Shown: positions 29,951-40,800 of the stretch, piece after piece | Layout: each line of letters opens with the position of its first letter | Position numbering within the stretch: the stretch's first letter is position 1 | Origin: an uncultured bacterium | GTDB lineage: Bacteria > Zixibacteria > MSB-5A5 > GN15 > FEB-12 | Assembly: GCA_965372795.1 (NCBI GenBank) | Contig: CBDVDR010000006.1 | Coordinates: 97,076 to 161,075 of the forward strand | DNA: 64,000 bases | Reading direction: 5' to 3' | Notes under the pieces: generated by a model | Database searches by the model: none | Told to the model about the DNA's origin: nothing | Seen by the model: only the letters and a program-made list of their open reading frames with translations | Translations under genes and position numbers: made by a program

Positions 29951-32071
29951 TTGCAAAATTGTCATAAATGCAATAATGTTGTAATAAGTGCTGTTAGTGG
30001 AATTTGTGATAACTGTGGAGCTCTTCTAGACACTTCCGCAGAAAAAAACCAATTAAATCAAGAGAGTGATGGACTTGATTTTGTTGTCACAGAAGCATCC
30101 AACAACTCGCCGGAGTTTGTTGACGGCAAAAGTAATTACACGAGTGACGATAATGACTTATCTATTGAGTCAACATCCGATTTGATCGAAAATGAAGCTC
30201 AGAATAATGTTAACGTTAATTCGCATCCAAGCAGCTTCCAACAAAACCCTGATGACGAGCCTATTGGCAACTCTGCTCCACACCTTCCGGAATTCAGTCA
30301 AGAACCAAAGCTCGAAATTTCTAAACCTGAATTGGAAGTAAACTCTGATTTTGTTGATAATAGTCATTCTGAGATTGACCTTCCTCCGTCAAGCTCTGAC
30401 AAAATCACAGAGCTTTCCAAAGAAGATTTAAAGTCAATTAATAATGAACTTAATACTTCGGAAACATATCTTTCTGATAACGAAAAGTCAGAATTGCTTT
30501 CAAAACTTGGCAATATTCCCAAAAAGAAAATTATCGAAGAGCCTTCACCTCCAAAACCATCTTTAGAAGAATCATCTCTCCCCGCCCCCAAGATGGCTGA
30601 TCATAATAAAGGGATAGCATATTTTCACAAAAATTATATTCAAATAGTCAGTGCTCTGGAATTACATAATGGCGATGATTTAGTAATTAATGATAGAGAA
30701 TTTGTATTAAAACAAAAATCATTGAACAAGAATGTTTTATATAGTGCCGTTGCCTCACTCTTTATAATTGTTTTGATTTTTGTTGGGTCTCTTTTTGTCG
30801 GTGACATTAGCAATGGTGAAGGCTACATCGTTGGTGTAGTTTTCAATACTGATGGTTCGCCTTATTTAAATGGAACGACTATTAGATTTCCAGAAGACGG
30901 AAATTCAGTAAAATCAAATGCTCAAGGATTTTTTAAATCAAAAAGTTTATCGTCAGGTCCTCATAAAATTGAATACCTTTTGGATGGGAAAGTAGTGAAA
31001 GTCGATTATGCTACTGTAATTGAAGGTGACGTTTCAAATATCATGCTCTACCCTGATGACATCGCTGAAAATACTCAACAAGCGACAAAGACCGCTCAAT
31101 CAAAACCGATAGTAACAACGGCAGCATCTACTTCAAAACCAACCAAATCAGCCCCAACGAAGCAGATTTCAAAAAAATCTAAAAGGGCAGCTTCTAAACC
31201 GGGCAAAGTCGTTTTAGCCGCCAGTGTTGAAGGTGCTAAATTTGTATTAGATGGAAAAGTTCTGGGTGCCGGAAATCTTACCTATTCCAAAATTAAGGCT
31301 GGAAAACACAGCTATGCTGTTTCAAAAGAAGGATATCAAGAAGCAGCAGGGACTTTTACTCTTAAGTCGGCTGAGAAAAAAACACTGAAAATCACATTAA
31401 ATCCGATTGAAACAGCAAATGAAATTATTCAGTTTGATGAAAGTGATTTTTATCTATCAGGTGTAACAGCCTATAAAGAGAAAAAATACTATGCCGCTAT
31501 TGAAGATTTAAATGAAGCTATCAAAATAAAACCAAGTTATGCTGAAGCTTATGAAGTTCGTGCAAACTCCTTTAGAGCCCTAAAACAGAATGAAGAAGCT
31601 CATGAAGATTTTATTAAATCTGCAGAAATTTATCAGTTTAATAAAAATTATAATGCAGCCATAACCTCATATAACAGAGCTATTGAAATGAATAAAAAAT
31701 CCCTTCCAGCCTACCTTGGTCGTGGATATTTATATATGGCAAAAGGTGAAGAAATTGCCGCCTTAACCGATTATGATGCTGCCATTAAAATTGACAAGAA
31801 AAATTTTCAGGCTCAATTCGGTGCCGGAGAAGCTCGTTTCCGACAAGGAAACTATAAAAAAGCCATTAAGCATTTCAAAAAAGCAAAAGATATCGACAAG
31901 AATAACCCGTTAGTTTATCAGTATTTAATGGTTTCATATCTTGGACGGGATGATGCTAAAAATGTAATAAAAACTTTTGATAAATTTAGACATATTGCAA
32001 CAGAGAAACAGTTAACTGATTTTCTACTTGATAATAAATATAGTGGTGTTATTGACATTATTGATCAGTAA
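29951..32071 (+). CDS. membrane protein: Zn-ribbon, acidic linker, TM, Ig-like/PEGA, then TPR repeats
   Basis: CHKC...CDNC; TM near aa 262-283; PEGA-like VEGAKFVLDG...GKHSYAVSKEGY; about six C-terminal TPRs; TTG start with GAGG. Confidence 0.8.
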   Translation: MQNCHKCNNVVISAVSGICDNCGALLDTSAEKNQLNQESDGLDFVVTEASNNSPEFVDGKSNYTSDDNDLSIESTSDLIENEAQNNVNVNSHPSSFQQNPDDEPIGNSAPHLPEFSQEPKLEISKPELEVNSDFVDNSHSEIDLPPSSSDKITELSKEDLKSINNELNTSETYLSDNEKSELLSKLGNIPKKKIIEEPSPPKPSLEESSLPAPKMADHNKGIAYFHKNYIQIVSALELHNGDDLVINDREFVLKQKSLNKNVLYSAVASLFIIVLIFVGSLFVGDISNGEGYIVGVVFNTDGSPYLNGTTIRFPEDGNSVKSNAQGFFKSKSLSSGPHKIEYLLDGKVVKVDYATVIEGDVSNIMLYPDDIAENTQQATKTAQSKPIVTTAASTSKPTKSAPTKQISKKSKRAASKPGKVVLAASVEGAKFVLDGKVLGAGNLTYSKIKAGKHSYAVSKEGYQEAAGTFTLKSAEKKTLKITLNPIETANEIIQFDESDFYLSGVTAYKEKKYYAAIEDLNEAIKIKPSYAEAYEVRANSFRALKQNEEAHEDFIKSAEIYQFNKNYNAAITSYNRAIEMNKKSLPAYLGRGYLYMAKGEEIAALTDYDAAIKIDKKNFQAQFGAGEARFRQGNYKKAIKHFKKAKDIDKNNPLVYQYLMVSYLGRDDAKNVIKTFDKFRHIATEKQLTDFLLDNKYSGVIDIIDQ

Positions 32072-32076
32072 AAAAA

Positions 32077-32382
32077 ATGAAAAAAAAACTTAATTGTTGG
32101 GAATTTAAAAATTGTGGAAGAGAAAAGGGCGGCTTGATGACAGATATTCTGGGTGAATGCCCGGTATCGACTTCCATGAAATATGACGGATTAAATGAAG
32201 GTGTTGGCGGTGGACGATCATGTTGGATGGTTCCCGACACCAAATGCCTTTCAAGAAGATACGGTTCTCAATTAAAATCCTGCCTCGAATGTCCTTTTTA
32301 TAAAAGAGTCGTTTACGAAGAAGAAGAAGAAATCACTTTTAAATTTTATTCAGAAAAAAAAGTCACAAATATGTTCGGTTAA
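32077..32382 (+). CDS. two-CW-domain Cys-rich protein
   Basis: NCWEFKNCGRE...CP...GRSCWMV..T.C...C.ECPFY. Confidence 0.8.
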   Translation: MKKKLNCWEFKNCGREKGGLMTDILGECPVSTSMKYDGLNEGVGGGRSCWMVPDTKCLSRRYGSQLKSCLECPFYKRVVYEEEEEITFKFYSEKKVTNMFG

Positions 32383-32487
32383 GATCATAACAGGACTAAT
32401 TCCATCCTTTCAAATCTGCTTGCCATCAAGAACTTTTTTATATAATTTTCGTAGAAAGCACTAAACTTATAATTCTTGGAGATTACT

Positions 32488-34419
32488 ATGGCAAAAAAAG
32501 TATCCGCTTTTATTCTTATCACGACACTTATAATGACTTTATTGTTTTCTGCAGCTTTTGCAGAAGGTGCCAAAAAAGAGGTTACTACCATACTCAATAA
32601 AGGGGATTATATCCCTGACATTGCTACGTTTATGCAAATTGGTGGAAATTATATTTCCGGTTATAGCTGGGACGGTAAAGATGTCTATTTTACTTCAAGA
32701 AGTTCCGGGGCGTCACAAGTCTACCGGTTAACTGAAGATGGCTGGCCCTACCAGTTAACTATGTTTGAAGATGGTTTGGACTTCTTCACCTTATCACATA
32801 ATGGGGCAACCGCAATCGTGGGAGCTTCCATCGGAGGTTCTGAACAGTCTCAATTATATCTCATGGATACTCAATCAGGAAGACTCATCCCGCTTACTGA
32901 TGCGGCTGATATTCAGTATGGCTCTGTAATCTGGGGAGCTGATGACTCACATATCTTCTTTAGATCTAATGAAGAAAACGGACGGGATTTCTTTATTTAT
33001 CGCTTAGATATTTCCAATGGTAATTATGAAAAAGTTTTCGGAGATTCAACCGGCGTGCGTGGCTATAATGCTATTTTTGATGTTTCTAAAGATGGCACAA
33101 AAATGATTATCGGCAACTTCACTTCCAATACAAATGATGATCTGTACTTTCTTGATTTGAATTCTCTTGAATATCAAAAACTAACTGATGATGATGACGA
33201 CTATATGTACAGTTCAGTATCTATACTACCGGACAATGAAACAATCTGGTTGACTTGCAACAGCAACAAAGACGGCATAGCAAGATTAGCAACAATGAAA
33301 GTAGGTTCTTCTGAGGTCAATTATATAGATGATGGCTGGATAGATCCTATGTGGGAAGTTGAAGGATTAGGCTTTTCAAACGACTTCAAATATATGGTTG
33401 CGACTGTAAATGAAGAAGGCTACCAGAGATTGAAAATTCGGGAATTTGAATCTAAGAAAGAAATGCCAAGTCCGCCATTAGATGGTATTCTTGGCGGAGG
33501 ATACATTGCTGAAGATGGAACGGTGCTGTTATCTTTCTGGGGTCCAACTCGCGCTCCGGATATTTGGAAATGGGATCCAATCAATAATAAATTACAACAA
33601 CAAACCTATACTGTTTATGCCGGCATAGATCGTTCAATTTTCTCAGACCCAAATTTGGTTAAGTACAAAAGCTTTGATGGTTTAGAGATTCCAGCCTTTT
33701 TATATCTCCCCCCAAATTATAAAGAAGGGGACAAAATTCCATTCTTAGTTTCAGCTCATGGCGGTCCGGAAAGTCAATTCCAGCCTAACTTTATCAGAAA
33801 TTTTCAATATATGATTCTTCACGGGTATGGCATTCTTGCTCCAAATCCTCGCGGTTCATCCGGATACGGCCGTGATTATCTTAATCTTGACAATTACAAA
33901 AACCGTAAGAATTCACTGAAAGACTATAAAGCCGGAGTCGATTGGCTGATTGAAAATGGTTATGCAGATAAAGAAAAATTAGCAATCAGAGGCGGCTCGT
34001 ACGGTGGATATGTCGTTCTTGGCATGATTACCGAATATCCTGATCTTTTTTCAGCTGCGATTGACAATGTAGGTATTGCTAATTTTAAAACATTCCTGCA
34101 AAACACAAAAGCTTATAGACGGGCACTAAGAGAATCTGAATATGGTCCTTTATCTGACCCTGAATTTCTTGATTCGGTCTCGCCTATTTTTAAAGCACAT
34201 TTGATAAAAACTCCTCTGCTGGTTATTCATGGTGAAAATGATCCCCGCGTTCCTGTCAGCGAAGCCAGACAAATTCTAAAAGCTGTGATTGATAACGGCG
34301 GTGTTGCAGATTCTTTGATATTCCCTGATGAAGGCCATGGGGCTTCAAAAAGAGTTAATGTGATCAAGAGCTATCGCACTCAAGTTGAGTTCCTTGATAA
34401 ACATCTTAAAGGGGAATAA
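32488..34419 (+). CDS. exported S9-family (prolyl oligopeptidase/acylaminoacyl) peptidase
   Basis: HGGPE, GGSYGG, HGENDPRVP, DEGHG; N-terminal beta-propeller. Start moved to ATG 32488. Confidence 0.92.
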   Translation: MAKKVSAFILITTLIMTLLFSAAFAEGAKKEVTTILNKGDYIPDIATFMQIGGNYISGYSWDGKDVYFTSRSSGASQVYRLTEDGWPYQLTMFEDGLDFFTLSHNGATAIVGASIGGSEQSQLYLMDTQSGRLIPLTDAADIQYGSVIWGADDSHIFFRSNEENGRDFFIYRLDISNGNYEKVFGDSTGVRGYNAIFDVSKDGTKMIIGNFTSNTNDDLYFLDLNSLEYQKLTDDDDDYMYSSVSILPDNETIWLTCNSNKDGIARLATMKVGSSEVNYIDDGWIDPMWEVEGLGFSNDFKYMVATVNEEGYQRLKIREFESKKEMPSPPLDGILGGGYIAEDGTVLLSFWGPTRAPDIWKWDPINNKLQQQTYTVYAGIDRSIFSDPNLVKYKSFDGLEIPAFLYLPPNYKEGDKIPFLVSAHGGPESQFQPNFIRNFQYMILHGYGILAPNPRGSSGYGRDYLNLDNYKNRKNSLKDYKAGVDWLIENGYADKEKLAIRGGSYGGYVVLGMITEYPDLFSAAIDNVGIANFKTFLQNTKAYRRALRESEYGPLSDPEFLDSVSPIFKAHLIKTPLLVIHGENDPRVPVSEARQILKAVIDNGGVADSLIFPDEGHGASKRVNVIKSYRTQVEFLDKHLKGE

Positions 34420-34435
34420 AACTTATATAATTATC

Positions 34436-34469
34436 AAAAAAAAGGTCAGGCAATGCCTGACCTTTTTTT
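34436..34469. terminator. bidirectional intrinsic terminator
   Basis: A8-GGTCAGGC-AAT-GCCTGACC-T7. Confidence 0.88.
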
Positions 34470-34881
34470 ATTCGCCAATAACTTTTACAATTACTTTTTT
34501 TCGTCGCCTTCCATCAAATTCGGCATAGTACACTTGCTGCCACGGTCCAAAATCAAGCTTACCGTCTGTAATTGGCAACATAACCTGAGAACCGATAAGA
34601 AGATTTTTCAAATGTGCATCCCCATTATCTTCCCCGGTTTGATGATGACGATAATCTTTTCCAAAAGGTGCCAATGAATCAGCCCATTCATCAATATCTG
34701 CGATAAGACCGCTTTCAGCATCGTTTATGTAGATTCCAGCAGTGATATGCATCGCTGAGACTAAAATAAACCCCTCTTGAACCTTACTGCTTGATAGTAC
34801 CCTTTCAATTTCGGAAGTAATATTTATATACTCCCGTCTTTTTGCAGTATTAAAGGTTAAATATTCAGTGTGGCTTTTCAT
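34468..34881 (-). CDS. yjbQ: YjbQ/UPF0047 family protein
   Basis: [30 protein letters not shown]. Start moved to ATG 34881. Confidence 0.9.
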   Translation of the reverse strand: MKSHTEYLTFNTAKRREYINITSEIERVLSSSKVQEGFILVSAMHITAGIYINDAESGLIADIDEWADSLAPFGKDYRHHQTGEDNGDAHLKNLLIGSQVMLPITDGKLDFGPWQQVYYAEFDGRRRKKVIVKVIGE

Positions 34882-34896
34882 AATTGTAATCAAATT

Positions 34897-35355
34897 TTAC
34901 ATTGTTACGTAATCAATCCAGGTTTCAAGAGAATACTTATCCAATAATTCAGCTTTAAGGACTTTAGCATCAGCGAAGTTTTCATACATACCGATTCTAA
35001 CTCGATTATAAGTCTGACCTTCTATTGAAATTTCGCTAACAAATGGTTCATATCCTCGTCCGGTGTATAAATCAACCAGATAACGAGCATAATCTTCAGA
35101 TTCACATGATGCTACTTGAACCGTAAAACCATTTCCTGCTGGTCTTGCAGGCATTTTATCAACTTCGGGTTCTTCTTCTATTACTTCTACTTCGGCAACA
35201 ACAGGCATAGTGTCAGCCTGCATTGTATCGGCGATTGTATCAACCTGTCCAAGCATCTCTTTTTCAAGTTTATCAACTTCATCTTGTTTCTTGGAACACC
35301 CGGCAATTAAAGCCAGACATAAAAGCATCAAAAGTGAATATTTTAAAATTTTCAT
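34897..35355 (-). CDS. SPOR-domain lipoprotein
   Basis: Lipobox LIAGC; FTVQVAS...YNRVRIGMY...A. Confidence 0.85.
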   Translation of the reverse strand: MKILKYSLLMLLCLALIAGCSKKQDEVDKLEKEMLGQVDTIADTMQADTMPVVAEVEVIEEEPEVDKMPARPAGNGFTVQVASCESEDYARYLVDLYTGRGYEPFVSEISIEGQTYNRVRIGMYENFADAKVLKAELLDKYSLETWIDYVTM

Positions 35356-35523
35356 AATTCCTCCTTATGGAGTTTCTTTTTTCTTTTAATATTTATTAGA
35401 CTTCCGTATACCTTGCATATAAATTGAATCTTTCTAATTGAAGTCAATTAAAAAGACCATATAATTGAAATAATACTGTTTGAATTTGTATAATAATTGT
35501 ATTAATTAAGCGGACTTAAAATT

Positions 35524-36513
35524 ATGAAATATGAAAACATATTAGAATTAATAGGTAGAACTCCATTGGTCAGACTCCGGACTGGAATTCCGGAGAATGG
35601 ACCAAAATGTTATGTCAAACTTGAGTTCATAAATCCAACCGGTTCTGTCAAAGATCGGATGGCTTATCATGTTATGTCAAAAGCAATTAAATCGGGAATT
35701 CTAAAGCCCGGCGATACTGTGATTGATAATACTTCTGGTAATACCGGCTCTGCAATGGCAATGGTTGCGACTATTTATGGCTTGAAAGCAATCGTCACGA
35801 CACCTGAAAAAACAAGTCAGGAAAAGATAGATTTAATCAAATCTTTTGGTGCAAAAGTAATTGTCACCCCGACTGAGGCAGGTCATGACGACCCCAAAGG
35901 CTGTTATTTGGTCGCCCGTAACCTTGCTAAAGATAATGGTTACTTTGATCTCAATCAATATGACAGTCAAGATAATGTTGAATCGCATTATATTTATACC
36001 GGACCTGAAATTTGGCAGGACACCGACGGTGAAATAACTCATTTTGTGTGTGGCATTGGAACCGGCGGTACTTTTTCAGGTACATCCAAGTATTTAAAAG
36101 AACAAAATCCTGATATTAAAACGGTAGCTGTTGATCCTGAAGGTTCTATTTTTGCAGACTATATTCGTACACGAAAAAAAACTGTCGGTCATACATACAA
36201 AGTTGAGGGAATAGGGTCCGATGTCGTCACCGAAGCCTTACACCCTGACTTAGTTGATGAGGTAATAACTGTTTCTGATAAGGATGCTTTTAATCGAGCT
36301 CGATATATAACCGCTAAAGAAGGAATTTCTGGCGGTGGATCTTCAGGCGCGGTTGCCTTTGCAATGGAACAAGTAGCCAAAGAAGCCGATTCGAATGCAG
36401 TTATTGTAGGAATCTTCGCTGATGCCGGAATTCGTTATTTGAGTAAATGTTATAATGACGGGTGGATGAAGAAGTTCGGATATCTTACAGAGATGGAGAT
36501 TTCTGAAAAATGA
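35524..36513 (+). CDS. PLP-dependent cysteine synthase / cystathionine beta-synthase family protein
   Basis: KLEFINPTGSVKDR, TSGNTG, GIGTGGT, YKVEGIG. Confidence 0.92.
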   Translation: MKYENILELIGRTPLVRLRTGIPENGPKCYVKLEFINPTGSVKDRMAYHVMSKAIKSGILKPGDTVIDNTSGNTGSAMAMVATIYGLKAIVTTPEKTSQEKIDLIKSFGAKVIVTPTEAGHDDPKGCYLVARNLAKDNGYFDLNQYDSQDNVESHYIYTGPEIWQDTDGEITHFVCGIGTGGTFSGTSKYLKEQNPDIKTVAVDPEGSIFADYIRTRKKTVGHTYKVEGIGSDVVTEALHPDLVDEVITVSDKDAFNRARYITAKEGISGGGSSGAVAFAMEQVAKEADSNAVIVGIFADAGIRYLSKCYNDGWMKKFGYLTEMEISEK

Positions 36514-37199
36514 AAAGAACTGTAATTGTAATTTTTCTTTTATTTCTATTTCTCTTCGCATCAAACAGTTATTGTAAGAGACAATTGAATTATAATGAGC
36601 GAATTTTTGATTTCGGACACGTAGGAATTGACTTTAAAGTATATCACACCTTTAAGTTATTTAATGATGGTAAAACGGTTTTCAATGTTGACAGCATGGA
36701 TGTAAGTTGCGATTGCACGTCAGTGATTAAATCCGGCTCTATCCTACAGCCTAACGACACTATAAATTTTGAATTGGAGTTCGAGACAAAAAACTATTAT
36801 GGACCGACAACTAAAGCATTCAAAATTTTCACTGATTATGGGGCTTTGCCGGTTCATGAATTCTACTACAAAGCGACGGTTGGGCAATGGTTTAATGGTA
36901 TAAAGCCAAATCCTATATCTTTGTTCTTTCTGCCTGGTAATAACTCCAAAAAAGTTAGTTTCCCTAATCCTACTTATAAAAATTTAGAAATTGAAAATAT
37001 TCTCGCATACGATACAATTATTACAGTAAATATCCTGAATAAGTCAGCGAAGAAAAATCAAGCTATTGTAGTCGAGATTGTACCTTCATCTTTATTATCA
37101 ACAGGCACTTACTATACTAACTTCACAGTTTCTTTGATTGCTGAACCATCACAAAATCAGATTATTCTTACCATTCCAATAAAAATAGTTAAGTATTAG
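36510..37199 (+). CDS. exported DUF1573-like protein (S-C-D-C), translationally coupled to the cysteine synthase gene
   Basis: FDFGHV...F.L.N.G...DVSCDCT...LQPNDT; ATGA overlap. Confidence 0.75.
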   Translation: MKRTVIVIFLLFLFLFASNSYCKRQLNYNERIFDFGHVGIDFKVYHTFKLFNDGKTVFNVDSMDVSCDCTSVIKSGSILQPNDTINFELEFETKNYYGPTTKAFKIFTDYGALPVHEFYYKATVGQWFNGIKPNPISLFFLPGNNSKKVSFPNPTYKNLEIENILAYDTIITVNILNKSAKKNQAIVVEIVPSSLLSTGTYYTNFTVSLIAEPSQNQIILTIPIKIVKY

Positions 37200-37279
37200 A
37201 GATATGTCCCGACAATATATGTCATAAGGTATAAAGAATTATTACTGACAGTTACTGTCTTAATATTTCAAACATATTT

Positions 37280-37354
37280 GAGGATGACTCTCTGCTGTCC
37301 CCGGGTAGTTTCCTAGCCCCCTCTACCCACCCAGAGCATCATCCTCTTTTTTTT
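37280..37354 (+). ncRNA. structured GC-rich element with U-tract: candidate sRNA or complex terminator
   Basis: Nested pairings GAGGATGA/TCATCCTC, CTCTG/CAGAG and GGGTAG/CTACCC, followed by T8. Confidence 0.45.
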
Positions 37355-37370
37355 ATATATAAAATCTCAT

Positions 37371-37402
37371 AAAAAAAACCACTCAAATTGAGCGGCTTTT
37401 TT
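37371..37402. terminator. terminator downstream of the ferredoxin gene
   Basis: A8-CCACTCA-AAT-TGAGCGG-CT6. Confidence 0.65.
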
Positions 37403-37418
37403 AATTTATGAAAAATAC

Positions 37419-37607
37419 TTATTCAGCTTTTTCAATACAATCAACCGGACAAACAGCTACACATTCGGGACCATCAGACTGATCCGTACATTCGTTGCAT
37501 GTTTTGGCGTCAATCACATAGATATCGCCTTCTTCAATTGCTGAAGTAGGACATTCCGGCAAACATAGTCCACAAGCTGTACATTCATCAGTAATTTTCA
37601 TTGCCAT
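37419..37607 (-). CDS. 2[4Fe-4S] ferredoxin (YfhL/Alvin-type second cluster)
   Basis: CTACGLCLPECP and CNECx8CVAVCP; GGAGG SD. Confidence 0.93.
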   Translation of the reverse strand: MAMKITDECTACGLCLPECPTSAIEEGDIYVIDAKTCNECTDQSDGPECVAVCPVDCIEKAE

Positions 37608-37884
37608 AATATATATCCTCCGATAAAAAGTTCTTCTTTTAACTTGGGAAATAATATATTTACACTGTCCTGTAAAACAAGAAGAATGTTTAACTTTTTC
37701 AAACTATTTCCATTAGTTTTACCCCCCTAATTCTATACTAAATTGTATTTATTTATTCATGAAAACAAACAATTTTCAAACTTTAATTAACAATCTGAGC
37801 TAATTGTCCGGTTGCTTTTAGTGAAAACTTGTCTTATTATATCTCTACAAAATCGTATCAAATGTCTTCGATAAAGGAAACAAC

Positions 37885-40800
37885 ATGAAAATTGCCACCC
37901 ATGTCTTTATTATTTGCGTCGTGCTTTTTATTATTACAGCCAACACAAAGGCAACTATTGATTTCCCTGATCTTCAACAGGATCAAATCACATCAAATTT
38001 CAAAGCTGTAACAGTATATGAGACTGAAACAGGAATCGCTATGGGTGCAAGATTTAGTCATGTGGGAAGTGGATTTGTTCTTGATTTAATAAGGATCCAA
38101 TCAATTCCTCAAGGATTTATATGGGTTAATTCTTCTCCTCCATCTGATCAGGGAGAACCGCATACCTGTGAGCATCTTCTCCTTGGCAAAGGTACAAAAG
38201 GTAAATATGTTTCAACTCTTGAAGGTATGTCGCTTGGTAGAAGTTCTGCATTTACAATGCAGATGCAGACCTGTTATCATTTTCATACTTCAGGGGGAAA
38301 AGATATCTTCTTTAAGTTACTTGAGGAAAAACTCGATGCGATGATACATCCTACATTCACCGATGAAGATATCCGCCGGGAAGTTTGTAATATCGGCTAT
38401 AAAATTGACCCGCTTGACAGTACTCTTATCCTCGAGGAAAAAGGCACTATCTACAATGAAATGAAAAGCGGTTTCGAACGTCAATGGTCAAATATATTTC
38501 GACCATTAGATCATATGATATTTGGCGAGAATCACCCCCAGGCTCTCAGTTCGGGAGGGTATCCACCTGCGGTTAGAACAATGACGCCTGAGGATATGTG
38601 GAAATTTCATGGAGAGACCCACCACTTAAATAACATGGGTATGGTGCTTACAATTCCTGATGATATTACAATTGAAGAATGCCTTAATCAACTTGAAAAC
38701 ATTTTTAAACAAATCGAGCCGGAGATCACTCCTTCAGAAGATCCTGCAACTGCTTACTTGAGAATTCCACCTGCAAACCCCGCTGAATTTGGACAAATTA
38801 AAATCGTAGAGTTTCCTAATAAGAACGACAGTGAACCGGGACTGCTTATCTTCGGATGGCCTTCTAATAGAACCATGGACTGGAATGAATCATACATGTT
38901 CAATCTATTTGTCTCCTGTATTGGAACCGGAGAATCTTCAAATTTATACAAAAAATTCATAAATTCCCAGACAAGAGAAATAGAGATTGGTGCAACTGCT
39001 GTTTATAACTGGTTCTCAGATAATCCGGGATTTCCTTTATTTATTGGATTACCCAATGTTGATCAGAAATACATTAACGAAGAAATGATTGATTCAATCA
39101 GAACTATGATAATTGATGAATTCAAGACAATTGCTGCTTATCAGGATGGATCTGAAGAACTAAAAGAGTTCAATGAACGCGCTTTAAATGGAATTATTTC
39201 AGAGCGTAGAAGTTTACGAAATTTCCTGAATCAACCTCCGGGATTCGGTTTCCGTGGATCTGGTGCCGGTTGGTTCTCTCATCTTCAGGAATTAAGTAAA
39301 AGCGATGGATTCAGGAAAAAACTGACAATGAACGAACGCTTAGCAGCTGCAGAGGAATTATTAATATCAGATAAAAATATCTGGAAAAAATATATTGAAA
39401 ACTGGAAACTAACTTCACCAATACCTTTTGCAGTAGCCGGAAGACCAAATCCTGATTTAATCAAAAGAAAAGATATAGAATTAAAAGAAAGACTCGATCT
39501 GTTTACAGCTTCGTTAAAGAAAAAATACAATGTCGATACGGACCGGGAAGCTATTTTATTATATAAAAATGAGTATGATTCAAAAACAGCAATTATTGAG
39601 GCAGCTATTGCAACAATAGAAATGCCCGGATTTGTTGAGAATCCACCCTTGACTTTAGATCAAAGCATTAATTATACGGTAGAAAAATTACCGGGAAATG
39701 CTGATTTTGTTTTCTCAAAATTTGATAATATTACTTTAGCTAATGTCGGGTTAGCTTTTGACATGAATGTTATCCCGGAAGAGCTTCTCCCTTACGCTGC
39801 CTTATTACCAACCATGTTAAATGAGGTCGGCGTGATAAAAGACAGCAAACCAATCCCGTATGAAGAATTCAGCGAAATAATAAAGAAAGAAATTTCAAGC
39901 TTATATGCTACCTTTGATGTGAATCCGAGAACAAACAGGAATGAACTGATAATATCAACGACCGGCAGTAATTTAGAAGAATCAGAGAAAGCTCTTGCCT
40001 GGCTCTCTACCCTTGTTTTTTCTCCGGACTGGAGAGTAGAGAATTTGGCAAGAATACGAGATGCCGTTGATTTCTCATTAAGTCGTTATCGTAATCGCAT
40101 GCAAGGCAGTGAAGAATCGTGGGTTGACGATCCTGCGACCGCATTCCGGGAACAAGCAAATCCCCTTCATTTAGCAACCAATAGCTTTTTAACGAAAACT
40201 CATTTCATCTATCGAATGAGATGGAAACTTAAAGAAGCATCTAATCAAGATGTCCAGAATGAATTCAATAATTTTATTGATGATGTAAAAAAAGCCGGTG
40301 TGGAAGCAGAAGATCAAAAAAGAGATAAATTGCTGTTTATCAATTCTTCTGAAGTTGATCAAGCCTCTTTGTTGGAAACAGGATTACAATCTGTTTATGA
40401 AAAATACCATTCTCTCTCCGATGAAGCAAAAAAACTGGCCGATGATGCTTTGAATGATCTTAAGAAAAATCTAACTGATATTCCGGATGATGCAATTGCA
40501 ACTGATTGGAAATATCTTTGCCAGCAGATGAAAGATGATCTTGCCATATCCCCCTCAATTTCGTTGAACAAATTTAATGATCTAATGAATCTGCTGCTGC
40601 ATAAAGATAATTATCGCGCCTATATGACAGGCTCATCAGCATCAAAAGAAAAACTTACTCCCATTGTAATTAATATTGCCAATCAATTTGATAGCACTCC
40701 ATCGACAAAACAAACATATTCAAATAAACAGTTTATCACTGAACGCTATTTGAGCCGATTTGGTGCATCCTCAACCCCGTTATATGTCGGGCTAATAAAC

